Shown here piece after piece: positions 19,632 to 29,132 of a DNA stretch of 64,000 nt (position 1 is its first letter; the number at the start of each line of letters is the position of its first letter). The translations under genes and the position numbers were made by a program. The stretch covers positions 100,072-164,071 of the forward strand of contig JAJZXK010000001.1 in NCBI GenBank assembly GCA_021806565.1. The letters run 5' to 3'. The notes beneath the pieces were generated by a model. The model made no database searches. It was not told the DNA's origin and saw nothing but the letters and a program-made list of their open reading frames with translations. Origin of the DNA: Bacillota bacterium (GTDB lineage: Bacteria > Bacillota > Sulfobacillia > RBS10-35 > JAJYVN01).

Positions 19632-20444
19632 GACCATGTGGTTGCAGGTGCGCAGCGGCTCTGGGCGACCCTGGCAAGTGGCCGCACCGTGCCCGCGGTG
19701 CTGGTCGGCGCGGACCCGGCGACGGACGTCGCGGTGCTGCGGGTCGCCATCGGGCGGCCCACACCGGCGGCGCGATTCGCCATGCGGTCCATGGTGGTAC
19801 CCGGCCAAACCGCGGTGGCGATCGGTAACCCGCTGGGTCCCCGCTACGCCCTCACCCTGACCCAGGGGGTGGTCAGCGCCGTGCGGCCGATGTTGTATGG
19901 GGTGGGAACGCACGGCCAGAGGGTGACCACGATGATCCAAACGGACACTCCACTCAACCCGGGAAGTTCGGGTGGGCCCCTGCTCAACCGCCACGGACGC
20001 GTGATCGGCATCAACAGCGTGAAGGTCGTTCAGGCACAGCCGGGGTTGGCGGCGGCCGGCCTGGCGTTCGCCATTCCGTCGGCGACCGTGATGGCGGTCG
20101 CCAAGGCGCTGCTCGCCCACGGCTATGTGCCGCGGGCATGGTTGGGCGCGTGCCTGACGCCGCTGCCACCCTCGGTGCTGCCCGGGCAGGCACAGGCTTT
20201 GGTGCTGGGCGGTCTGCTGCCCCAGGGACCGGCAGACCGCGCCGGCCTGCGTGCCGGTGATGCGCTGGTGGCGTGGGACGGCGTCCCGCTGGCCGACCAG
20301 TTGGCGCTGGTGCGGCGGTTGAACGGGGCGCGGCCCGGGGCCGGGGTGCAACTGACGGTGCTGCGCGATGGTGGACTCCGGCGCGTGCGATTGACGCTTG
20401 GCATTGGCCCGGAACCCTCCCTGACCTGTCCGCGGGTGGGGTAG
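19623..20444 (+). pseudogene. 3' part of the HtrA/DegP-family serine protease (catalytic triad plus PDZ)
   Basis: VTNDHVV (His), DPATDVAVLRV (Asp), AIGNPLG, IQTDTPLNPGSSGGPL (Ser), PDZ GPADRAGLRAGD; no stops or frameshifts. Confidence 0.9.
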
Positions 20445-20522
20445 GGCGTGCGTCCAGCCGTCCCGGTCGCGCTGGCGTCTCGGTGGCGGTGGCCGTTATG
20501 CTGCCAAAAAGGGGGGGGCGTC

Positions 20523-22325
20523 GTGGGGCGCATCCAGGTGCTTCCGGCGGCGGTCGCCCAGCGCATCGCGGCCGGGGAGGTCATCGAACGGCCGGCCTCG
20601 GTGGTCAAAGAGTTGTGCGAGAACGCGCTGGACGCCGGGGCCCGCCGCATCCGGGTCGACCTCACGGCGGGCGGCTGTGCGGCCGTCATCGTGGGTGACG
20701 ACGGCGGCGGCATGGAGCCCGAGGACGCCGTGCTTGCCTTCGCCCGCCACGCGACGAGCAAGCTGCAGCGCTTCGAGGATCTGGCCGGGCTGCACACGCT
20801 GGGCTTCCGGGGAGAGGCCCTGCCAAGCATCGCCGCCGTGGCCCACGTCTGTCTGACCACGCGCCCACCGCAGGCCTCGGCGGGGACCGAGGTGCGGATT
20901 GACGGGGGCGGCCGCCCCCAATCCCGCGAGGTCGGAGCCGCGCCGGGAACGCTGGTGGCCGTGCGCGACCTGTTCTACAACGTACCCGCCCGGCGCGCCG
21001 CCCTGCGCCGGGCGGCTTCAGAGCGGGCCGCCGTGGTGGACGCGGTGACCGCCGCCGCCTTGGCGCGTCCAGACGTCGCCTTCAGCGTCCATGACGACGA
21101 ACGAGAGTTTCTTGCCACCCCAGGGGACGGAGACCTGATGTCCGCGGCCGTGGCGCTTTGGGGACCGGATGTGGCGGCGGGTTTGCTGCAGGTCGCGGAG
21201 GCGGCCGATGGCTGGGTGGTCGACGGGCTGTGCGGCAAGCCCTCCGTGGCCCGCGGCAATCGAGCCCTGCAGTTTTTCGCCGTGGATGGCCGGCCGGTGC
21301 GGGCCGAGCCGGTGCGCGGCCCGGTGGCGGCCGCGTATGCCCACCTGCTGCAGGCCCACCGCTATCCCGTGTTTGTGCTCCACCTGCGCGGTGGCGGCGG
21401 GGGGCTGTATGACGCGAACGTGCACCCGAGCAAGCAGGAGGTTCGCTTCTACCGCAGCGACGCCGTGCACTCCCTCTGCCACCACGCCGTCCGCCAGGCG
21501 TTGCGGACCGCGGAACTGGTCCCGGACCTGCCCCCTTCCGCCGCGGCGGCTTGGGGCGGGGAGACGGCGCGGCCGGTGGTGCCGGATGGCGGGGCGTCCT
21601 ACTGGCCGTCCGGGGCGGGGGTGGCTCCCGAGGCCCGCGCCTTCGCGATGGAGGCGCAGCGTCCTGCGCGGCCCGCTCTCGGCCCCGGATGGGCCGAGGC
21701 CGCCCCAGCGGGTGAGGGCGGCGTGCAGGGATGCGCGGAGGCCGGTTCGGCCGCCGCGACCGGGCGCGACCGGTTGCCGTTCTTGGAGCCGCTCGGCCAG
21801 GTCGGTGCGATGTACGTCGTCGCGGCCGGGGCGGACGGCCTCTATATCCTCGATCAGCACGCCGCCCACGAGCGGATCGCCTTTGAGGTCTTCGGCGGCG
21901 AGCAGGCGCCGCCCGCCCAGATCCTGCTGCAGCCGCTTGCCGTCGACCTCGATCCGCTCCAGTGGGCCCGCTGGGAGGAGCTTGCGGCGGACTTGGCCCG
22001 CCTGGGCTTGGTGAGCGAGGCCTTCGGCGAGTCCACCGTCCTGGTGCGCAGCGTTCCGGCGGGTTTGGAATCGGACCCCGCGGGGGCGCTCCTGCGCGCC
22101 CTGCGGCCGGAGGGCACGGGTGCGCCGGGGATGCTGGCGGCGCGCCGGGCCATGGCGGCCTGCAAGGCGGCGATCAAGGCGGGCCAGACGCTGGGCTATG
22201 CGGACCTGACCGCGCTGCTCTCGCAGTTGGCCGGGTGTGCAGAGCCGTTCACCTGCCCGCACGGCCGGCCGACGTTGTTGCGGCTGGGGCTGGGGGAGCT
22301 TGAGCGCCACTTCGGGCGGCGGTGA
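20523..22325 (+). CDS. mutL: DNA mismatch repair endonuclease MutL
   Basis: IAAGEVIERPASVVKEL, HATSK, GFRGEALPSI, DQHAAHER, ACKAAIK, CPHGRP. Confidence 0.97.
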   Translation: MGRIQVLPAAVAQRIAAGEVIERPASVVKELCENALDAGARRIRVDLTAGGCAAVIVGDDGGGMEPEDAVLAFARHATSKLQRFEDLAGLHTLGFRGEALPSIAAVAHVCLTTRPPQASAGTEVRIDGGGRPQSREVGAAPGTLVAVRDLFYNVPARRAALRRAASERAAVVDAVTAAALARPDVAFSVHDDEREFLATPGDGDLMSAAVALWGPDVAAGLLQVAEAADGWVVDGLCGKPSVARGNRALQFFAVDGRPVRAEPVRGPVAAAYAHLLQAHRYPVFVLHLRGGGGGLYDANVHPSKQEVRFYRSDAVHSLCHHAVRQALRTAELVPDLPPSAAAAWGGETARPVVPDGGASYWPSGAGVAPEARAFAMEAQRPARPALGPGWAEAAPAGEGGVQGCAEAGSAAATGRDRLPFLEPLGQVGAMYVVAAGADGLYILDQHAAHERIAFEVFGGEQAPPAQILLQPLAVDLDPLQWARWEELAADLARLGLVSEAFGESTVLVRSVPAGLESDPAGALLRALRPEGTGAPGMLAARRAMAACKAAIKAGQTLGYADLTALLSQLAGCAEPFTCPHGRPTLLRLGLGELERHFGRR

Positions 22326-22351
22326 GGGGGGCGCGGCATTCCGCCCCCCCC
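22326..22351. terminator. GC hairpin between convergent genes
   Basis: GGGGGGCG...CGCCCCCC stem directly after the mutL stop; no U tract. Confidence 0.35.
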
Positions 22352-22379
22352 AGGGCGCCGGCTGGACGCATCGCCGCCC

Positions 22380-23072
22380 CTATACTGCGGATCCACCGAA
22401 CGGACCGTTGACCGGAAACTCCACCGGCGGCGGGGTCGGGGTCGTGGTGGGCGGCACCGGAGCGCATTGCGGCGGATACAGCGGGACGGGCGGGCAGGTG
22501 AAGGGGGCCGCGGGCGAAACGACACACGGAGCCGGAACGCAGAAGCCGTAGTTGGGCACGAGCAGGTTGACCAGCGCCACCGACTGGATCAGCAGGCAGA
22601 TGCTGACGTTGCAGCAGACGTCGCCGTTGAGGATGGCGCACGGACCCACCGCCGTGGCCGGGGCCTGGCAGTTGATGCTCACCCCGTCCGGCGCGCAGAT
22701 GGTGATCGTGGTGAAGAAGGAGAACTGGCCGGTGAACGTGCAAAGGGTTTCTCCATCTGGCGCCGTCACGGTGAACGACAGGGTTACGGTGACCAGGAGG
22801 GTGACGTTGGCAAACCCGGTGGGCTGGCCGCTGGAGTTTAGGATCGGCACGATGCTCGATGTGGTGCAGGTCACCGAGGTCACGGTGCCGACCGCGGTGC
22901 TGCCCGGGGGAACCTCACCGCAGCTGGGCGGTAGCGCAAAGCAGATGTTGTCACGCGTGATGGTTTGGAAGCAGAAGTCGTAGATCTTGTTGACCTGGAT
23001 GCAGTCGATGCTGCTGGGTGGCGGGCATCCGATCTCGGGACAACACGGCCCGGGTACGATCTGATCCGACAT
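22380..23072 (-). CDS. cysteine/proline-rich protein, probable spore coat or exosporium component
   Basis: Strong RBS AAGGAGG; 19 Cys in 230 aa; DCIQVNKIYDFC and LLVPNYGFCVP motifs resemble Bacillota Cys-rich coat morphogenetic proteins. Confidence 0.7.
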   Translation of the reverse strand: MSDQIVPGPCCPEIGCPPPSSIDCIQVNKIYDFCFQTITRDNICFALPPSCGEVPPGSTAVGTVTSVTCTTSSIVPILNSSGQPTGFANVTLLVTVTLSFTVTAPDGETLCTFTGQFSFFTTITICAPDGVSINCQAPATAVGPCAILNGDVCCNVSICLLIQSVALVNLLVPNYGFCVPAPCVVSPAAPFTCPPVPLYPPQCAPVPPTTTPTPPPVEFPVNGPFGGSAV

Positions 23073-23162
23073 GGTCCGGTATCCCTCCTTTGTGGGGTCG
23101 CGCCACACCGCGCGCTCGTTCCCCACGCCTCTGGCGCAGCGTATCCGGAGGTGGATCTGCTC

Positions 23163-24113
23163 GTGCGACCTTCCCGGGCGGGCGTGGCTCCGATCCTGGT
23201 GCTGGCGGGTCCGACGGCCGTCGGGAAGTCGGAGCTTGCCGTCGCGCTGTGCACCGAGATCGGCGGTGAGGTCCTGAGTGCGGATTCTGCCGCCGTCTAC
23301 CGCGGCCTGGAAATCGGCACCGCCAAGCCGAGCCCTTCGGAACGGGCCGCCGTGCCGCACCACCTCCTGGACCTGCGCGCTCCCGATGAGCCGTTCACCG
23401 CGGCGGAGTACCGTGAGGTGGCGCGGGTCTCGCTGGCGCAGGTGCGGGCCCGGGGACGGATCCCCGTCGTGGTGGGCGGCACCGGTCTCTATATCCGGGT
23501 CGCCCTGGCCCACAGCGGGGTGCCGCCCGTGCCGCCGGATCCGCGCTTGCGGCGGGAACTCGAGGCGCGCCCACCGCAGCATCTGTATGCGGAACTCCTG
23601 CGCGTGGATCCCCGTGCCGCCGCGGGGATCCATCCGGCCAACACCCGCCGCGTGGTGCGGGCGCTGGAGGTGTTTCTCCTTTCTGGCCGGCCGATTTCAG
23701 AGCATTGGGAAGAAGGGCGGCCACGCCTACCGGCCTGCCTCTTGGTGATCGACCGGCCGCAGCCCGTGCTGCGTGAGCGCATCGCCGCCCGCGTGGCCTC
23801 CATGCTGCGCCTGGGCTTGGTGGCCGAGGTCGAGGGACTGCTTGTGGCCGGTGTGTCCCCGCGGGCGCAATCGCTGTCGGCACTCGGTTACCGCCAGGTG
23901 GTGCAGTGCCTGCGGGGTGAGGCGCCGGCGGCGGATTTGGAGGCCTCGATCGTGCGGGCGACCGTGCGCTACGCCCGCAGACAGCGATCCTGGTTTCGTT
24001 CCGAACCCGATGCCCAGTGGTTGGATGCGGGAGCGGGGCCGGCCGTCGCCCTGCTGCCGCAGTTGCGGGCCCTCTGGTCCAAGTGGTGCCGCATGCGCCA
24101 GCTCGGGACCTGA
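23163..24113 (+). CDS. miaA: tRNA dimethylallyltransferase
   Basis: GPTAVGKS, SADS, IGTAKP, PHHLLD, VGGTGLY, RRVVRALE, YARRQ. Start approximate. Confidence 0.96.
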   Translation: MRPSRAGVAPILVLAGPTAVGKSELAVALCTEIGGEVLSADSAAVYRGLEIGTAKPSPSERAAVPHHLLDLRAPDEPFTAAEYREVARVSLAQVRARGRIPVVVGGTGLYIRVALAHSGVPPVPPDPRLRRELEARPPQHLYAELLRVDPRAAAGIHPANTRRVVRALEVFLLSGRPISEHWEEGRPRLPACLLVIDRPQPVLRERIAARVASMLRLGLVAEVEGLLVAGVSPRAQSLSALGYRQVVQCLRGEAPAADLEASIVRATVRYARRQRSWFRSEPDAQWLDAGAGPAVALLPQLRALWSKWCRMRQLGT

Positions 24114-24272
24114 CCGCGCCCGTCGCCACGCCGTCGGTCAAGGGGGGCCGCAGGCATGAGGGAGCCCACGCGGGTGGGGCCCGGGGCGCGCTGTGCGACG
24201 GGTCGCTGGGCCGCAGGGCGGGTCCGCACGGGGCGGTGGTGCGTAGCATGGTCGGCGCAGGGGGTGGCGCCC

Positions 24273-25223
24273 GTGGTGATGCGACCCTCGGCCTTTGCCG
24301 CGCCGACGGCCCTCAGGAACGCGCAGGTCGCCGATCCCCGCGAGGAGGTCCCGGACGCGGCGGCGGTGTTGCGCGAACTCGATGGTCTGGTGGGGCTGAT
24401 GCAGGTCAAGGCGACCGTGCGGGAGTTGGCCGCGTACGCGACGGTGCAACGCTGGCGGTCCGCCGCCGGCCTGCGGGCGGACGGGCTTGTCTTGCACATG
24501 GCGTTTCGTGGCAATCCGGGCACCGGCAAGACGACGGTGGCGCGGCTCCTGGGCCGCCTGCTGCACGGACTGGGATTCTTGGAACGAGGCCACCTGGTGG
24601 AGGCCGAACGTGCAGATCTGGTGGGCGAATACGTCGGACATACGGCCGCGCGCACCCGAGATCTGGTCGGCCGTGCCTCTGGCGGTGTGCTGTTCGTCGA
24701 TGAGGCGTACTCACTGAATCGCGGCGGCGACAAGGACTTCGGCCGCGAGGCCACCGACGTGCTCGTGAAGGCGATGGAGGACCGGCGCTCGGCGTTGGTC
24801 GTCATCCTGGCCGGCTACCGCGACGAGATGGACCGCTTTCTGCGCAGCAATCCGGGGTTGCGCTCGCGCATCCCGTTGCAACTCGACTTTCCCGATTACA
24901 GCCTCGATGAGTTGCTGCGGATCGCCGATCAGATGTTGACTGAGCGCCAGTATCGGGCCTGCCCGGCGGCACGGGCCCGACTGCGGGAACTTCTGGCCGG
25001 CCCGCTGGGTCGGGCGGCGACCGCGACCGGCAACGCCCGGTTGGTCCGCAACCTCCTGGAGCGCGCGCTACGCCATCAGGCGATGCGCCTAGTCCGTGGC
25101 GGTACACCTGCGGACGTCCCGTCCGCCCAGGGGCTGATGGAGTTGCTCGCCGCGGACCTGGAAGGGGTACTGCGTCCTCAGGACGGACCCATCCCACTTG
25201 TCCCGCCTGGGATGCACGCATAG
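24273..25223 (+). CDS. spoVK: SpoVK/CbbX-family AAA+ ATPase
   Basis: LHMAFRGNPGTGKTT, DLVGEYVGHTA, LFVDEAYSL, ILAGY, NPGLRSR; follows miaA as in Bacillota. Confidence 0.85.
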   Translation: MVMRPSAFAAPTALRNAQVADPREEVPDAAAVLRELDGLVGLMQVKATVRELAAYATVQRWRSAAGLRADGLVLHMAFRGNPGTGKTTVARLLGRLLHGLGFLERGHLVEAERADLVGEYVGHTAARTRDLVGRASGGVLFVDEAYSLNRGGDKDFGREATDVLVKAMEDRRSALVVILAGYRDEMDRFLRSNPGLRSRIPLQLDFPDYSLDELLRIADQMLTERQYRACPAARARLRELLAGPLGRAATATGNARLVRNLLERALRHQAMRLVRGGTPADVPSAQGLMELLAADLEGVLRPQDGPIPLVPPGMHA

Positions 25224-25981
25224 GAGTCTGATGCAAGAGAGCTTGGCGCGCGGCGCAGATACTAGATGTGGTATGTCCGCGCCGCTAGGAAACGTGCACC
25301 TGGTGTCTAGTCTCGGCTACAGGGGCCTTTTGCATCGGACTCATAGGGGGTGGACCGGCAGGAGCGGTTTTCCTGGTCTGGAACCCCCGCCCCCAGGAGA
25401 CCCCGTACCCGGAGCGGGTCCGCCATGCCCTGGACGGCACGGCCCGGAGTTGGCCTGAGCGGAGCCTGGCGAGGCCGCCGGCGGCTCGATGGACCCGTGG
25501 CATCCGCTGGATGCCCCGCGGGTGGTCACGGGCCGGTCTGCGGGCGCGGCGGACGGTTGAGCGCCGTGGCGAGGATGGGCGGAACCGCGATGCACCCTTT
25601 CGGGGTAACCTCGTCTTCGGCGCGGTGTTCGCCACAGGAGGCTGCGTCCACGCGGCCGAGCGGCGGGTCGGGGCGGAGCACAAGCCGGTTCCGGTGCTGC
25701 GGCTTCCATGGGGCGCGGGCATCCGGCGCGGCGGCCGTCGCACACGTACGTGCGGCTGTGGGGCGGGGCCGTCGCCGCGTGTGGCGCCGGTAGGCCGGAG
25801 CCTCAGGGACCGCGGCGGTATCGGCTGAGGTAACCAGGGGCAGGCCGGGATCGAGGTGGCGGGCCGGGCCCGGCGGTGCTGGGGGAGGCGCCAACTGGCG
25901 ACCCGGCTCCCTCCGACCTTGTCGGGTGCCGGCGGCGATCGGGTGTGTGTCCATGAGCGCGAACGGTAAGGAGGGCACCTG

Positions 25982-27493
25982 TTGTCGCAAGCGGCTTGGG
26001 AACGGGTGGAGGCGGTTTGGGCTGAGGTGGCGGACCTCTCCCACGCCCTGGCGGTCCTGTCATGGGATGAGTTGGTCAACCTGCCTCCCGGCGGCGCTGC
26101 CGCGCGCGCGGAGCAGAAGGCGACGATCGGGCGCTTGATCCACCAGCGACTGGCGGACCCGGGCTTGGAGGACGACCTAAAGGCCGTTGCTGCCCTGGGC
26201 GGGCATTCGCCACGGCAGAGAGCCTGGCTGCGACTGGCGGAGGCGGAACAGAACCGGGCGGTGCGTGTGCCGGCCGATCTGGTGGTCGCCCTTTCCCGGG
26301 CTGAAAGCGACGGGTACGTTCGGTGGCTCGAGGCGCGCGAACATCGCGACTTTTCCCGGTTTTCCCCCGCCCTGGCGCGGCTGATCGCCCTGCGGCGCCA
26401 GGAGGGGCAGGCTCTGGCGCAGGACGGCGCCGACCCGTACGCCGCCCTGTTGGACCAATACGAACCAGGGGCAAACGTTCAGAGCGTGGCGGCCCTGCTG
26501 GCGGATCTGCGCGCGGCGTTGGTGCCGCTGGTGGCCCAGGTGGCGCAGCGCCCGCCGCTGGACCCGAGTGCGCTACGGCGTGCGGTGCCGGTGGATGATC
26601 AGTTGCGCTGCGGCGATCTGGCGGCTGCGGCCATCGGGTTCGACGCGCACCGGGGCCGGCGCGACCGGTCGGTCCATCCCTTCAGCACCGGCCTGGGGGC
26701 CGGGGATGTCCGCATCACGACGCGGATCGACCCGTCCGACTTCGCCTCCGGGTTTTTCGCCACACTGCACGAGACGGGACACGCCTTGCAGGATCAGGGC
26801 ATCCCGGACCACTGGTGGCGCGGTCCGGGGGTTAGCTCGACCCGTCTGATCGGTTCGCATGGTGTCGCCGAGTCGCAGTCGCGTCTGTGGGAGTGCGGCG
26901 TCGGTCGCAGTCTCGCCTTTTGGGAGCACTGGCTGCCGCAGTTGCAGCGGCAATTGCCGGGGCGGTTCGGCGGGCTGCACCCGCTGGACGCCTACCGCGC
27001 CGCGAACGTGGTGCGCCCGTCGGCGGTGCGGGTCACGGCGGACGAGTTGACGTACAACCTGCACATCGCGCTGCGTTTTGAGCTCGAACGCGCCCTGGTG
27101 GGCGGCGACCTGCCGGTCGCAGAGTTGCCGGAGGCGTGGAACCGGCAGATGGATTCCCTGCTCGGGGTTCGGCCGGCCGACGATTTGGAGGGGTGCCTCC
27201 AGGATGTGCACTGGTCCTCCGGCTCGTTTGGCTACTTCCCGACCTACACGCTGGGAAACCTCCTCGCGGCGCAGTTGCTCGAGGCGGCCGAGCGGCGGTT
27301 GGGCCGGGTGGACGATCTGGTGCGGGCCGGCAGCTTCTCGCCGCTGCTCGAATGGTTGCGCGAGCACGTTCACCACCGCGGGCCCGAGTGCACCCCGGCC
27401 GAGTTGATCGAACGGGCTACCGGCGGCCCGCTCGCGGCCGATGCCTACCTCAGGGCGATGCGCACCAAGTTCGCGGATCTCTACGGTTTCTGA
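25982..27493 (+). CDS. carboxypeptidase, M32 family
   Basis: HPFS, VRITTR, HETGH, ESQS, ADELTY, QDVHW, GYFPTY. Confidence 0.95.
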   Translation: MSQAAWERVEAVWAEVADLSHALAVLSWDELVNLPPGGAAARAEQKATIGRLIHQRLADPGLEDDLKAVAALGGHSPRQRAWLRLAEAEQNRAVRVPADLVVALSRAESDGYVRWLEAREHRDFSRFSPALARLIALRRQEGQALAQDGADPYAALLDQYEPGANVQSVAALLADLRAALVPLVAQVAQRPPLDPSALRRAVPVDDQLRCGDLAAAAIGFDAHRGRRDRSVHPFSTGLGAGDVRITTRIDPSDFASGFFATLHETGHALQDQGIPDHWWRGPGVSSTRLIGSHGVAESQSRLWECGVGRSLAFWEHWLPQLQRQLPGRFGGLHPLDAYRAANVVRPSAVRVTADELTYNLHIALRFELERALVGGDLPVAELPEAWNRQMDSLLGVRPADDLEGCLQDVHWSSGSFGYFPTYTLGNLLAAQLLEAAERRLGRVDDLVRAGSFSPLLEWLREHVHHRGPECTPAELIERATGGPLAADAYLRAMRTKFADLYGF

Positions 27494-27679
27494 GCGGCCC
27501 GCCGCGGTCGGTGGCTGGCGGCCCGGATGGGCGCGGTTGCGGCAGGAAACGGAACGTGGATTGGAAACGGAAAGGCGCGGCGCGGGGAGCGCGGTCCGAC
27601 GTCGGGCCGCCTCCCTGGCCAGGGGCGGCCGCGGGGGTGACCGGGCGGATCCTGCCCTGGGGAGAGGAACGGTGAGCGC

Positions 27680-29029
27680 GTGCGCCGACCGAACGTAGTG
27701 GTGATCACGTGTCACGATCTTGGACGCCACCTGGGCTGTTATGGCCGCCGCACGGTGGTCTCGCCGCACCTGGACCGCTTGGCGGCCCAGGGGGTGCGGT
27801 TTAATCGCGCCTTTTGCACGGCGCCCCAATGCAGCCCCTCGCGGGCATCGCTGTTCACGGGCCGGTACCCGCATTGCAACGGCGTGCTCGGGCTGACACA
27901 CGCCAACTTCGCCTGGGATCTCCACCCGGGGGAGCGGCATCTGGCTCAGGAACTGGCGGCTGCCGGCTACGCGACCGCCCTGGTCGGAGTGCATCACGAG
28001 TCGCGGCACGGCGGGGCCGCAGATCTCATGCGGCGCTTTGGATACGGTCGAGTGTTGCCGGCTGCCAGGGCCGCAGGCGTGACCGCCGGAGCCGTCGAGG
28101 TGCTTCGGGACCTGGCCGCACAGGACCGGCCCTTCTTCCTCCAGGTCGGCTACGTGGAGCCACACCGCCTGCAAGGGTCGGCGGAAGATGGGTACATGGG
28201 TTTTTGCAGCGACTACATGCAGCCGGACCGGGAGCGGGGCGTCGAGGTGCCGGCATACCTTCGCGACACGGAGGGCGGCCGCGTCGAGGTGGCTGAACTG
28301 CAAGGGGCTGTGCGCCACGTCGACGCCGCCATCGGCGACCTGCTGGTGGAGCTGGGGCCCTTGGGTTTGGAGGAGGATACCCTGGTGGTCTTCACGACGG
28401 ACCACGGGGTGGCGCTGCCGCGCGCCAAATGCGCGCTTTATGATCCGGGCATCGAGGTGGCCCTCATCCTGCGGTGGCCCCGGGGGGGCTGGGTCGGTGG
28501 CCGTGTGACGGATGCGTTGGTGTCCAACCTGGATGTGTTCCCGACCATCCTGGAGGCGGCGGGCGGCATGCCGGATCCAGGGGTTCAGGGTCGCAGCTTG
28601 CGACCTCAGTTGGACGGTGGGCGGACCGCCGGCCGGCAAGCCGTGTTCGCGGAGATGAGCTACCATGATTACTACGACCCGCGCCGCTGCATTCGCACCG
28701 ACCGGCATAAGCTGATCGCGAACTTCAGTGCTGCGCCCGCCTTCATGGATCCTTCGCAGTCCTGGCGCCCGCGCAGCGACACCGTGGTGCCTGCCAACCG
28801 GGCCGTGGCGTACCACCCGCTGGTGGAGCTCTATGACCTGGAGCGGGATCCGCACGAGTGGGAGAACCGCGCCGATCGGGCGGAAGATCAGGAGACGCAA
28901 CTGGCCCTGCTGTCCCGCCTGGCGGATTGGATGGCCGAGACCGCCGATCCGCTTCTCCAAGGGGCGGTGACGCCGCCGATCCACCGCTGGGCCCTGGAGG
29001 CCCTCGAGGCCGCCCGCGCGCGGGGCTGA
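27680..29029 (+). CDS. sulfatase (formylglycine-dependent)
   Basis: PNVVVI, CSPSRASLFTGRYP, FTTDHG, ELYDLERDPHE. Confidence 0.93.
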   Translation: MRRPNVVVITCHDLGRHLGCYGRRTVVSPHLDRLAAQGVRFNRAFCTAPQCSPSRASLFTGRYPHCNGVLGLTHANFAWDLHPGERHLAQELAAAGYATALVGVHHESRHGGAADLMRRFGYGRVLPAARAAGVTAGAVEVLRDLAAQDRPFFLQVGYVEPHRLQGSAEDGYMGFCSDYMQPDRERGVEVPAYLRDTEGGRVEVAELQGAVRHVDAAIGDLLVELGPLGLEEDTLVVFTTDHGVALPRAKCALYDPGIEVALILRWPRGGWVGGRVTDALVSNLDVFPTILEAAGGMPDPGVQGRSLRPQLDGGRTAGRQAVFAEMSYHDYYDPRRCIRTDRHKLIANFSAAPAFMDPSQSWRPRSDTVVPANRAVAYHPLVELYDLERDPHEWENRADRAEDQETQLALLSRLADWMAETADPLLQGAVTPPIHRWALEALEAARARG

Positions 29030-29132
29030 AACCGCTCTCGGGATTCCGCACCCATTGCGGCGCCGGTACTGGATCTCTTCGGGAACGGTTGCGCTCGCCC
29101 GTATCGCCCGATGGTCGTTGCGCGCGGGGCGG

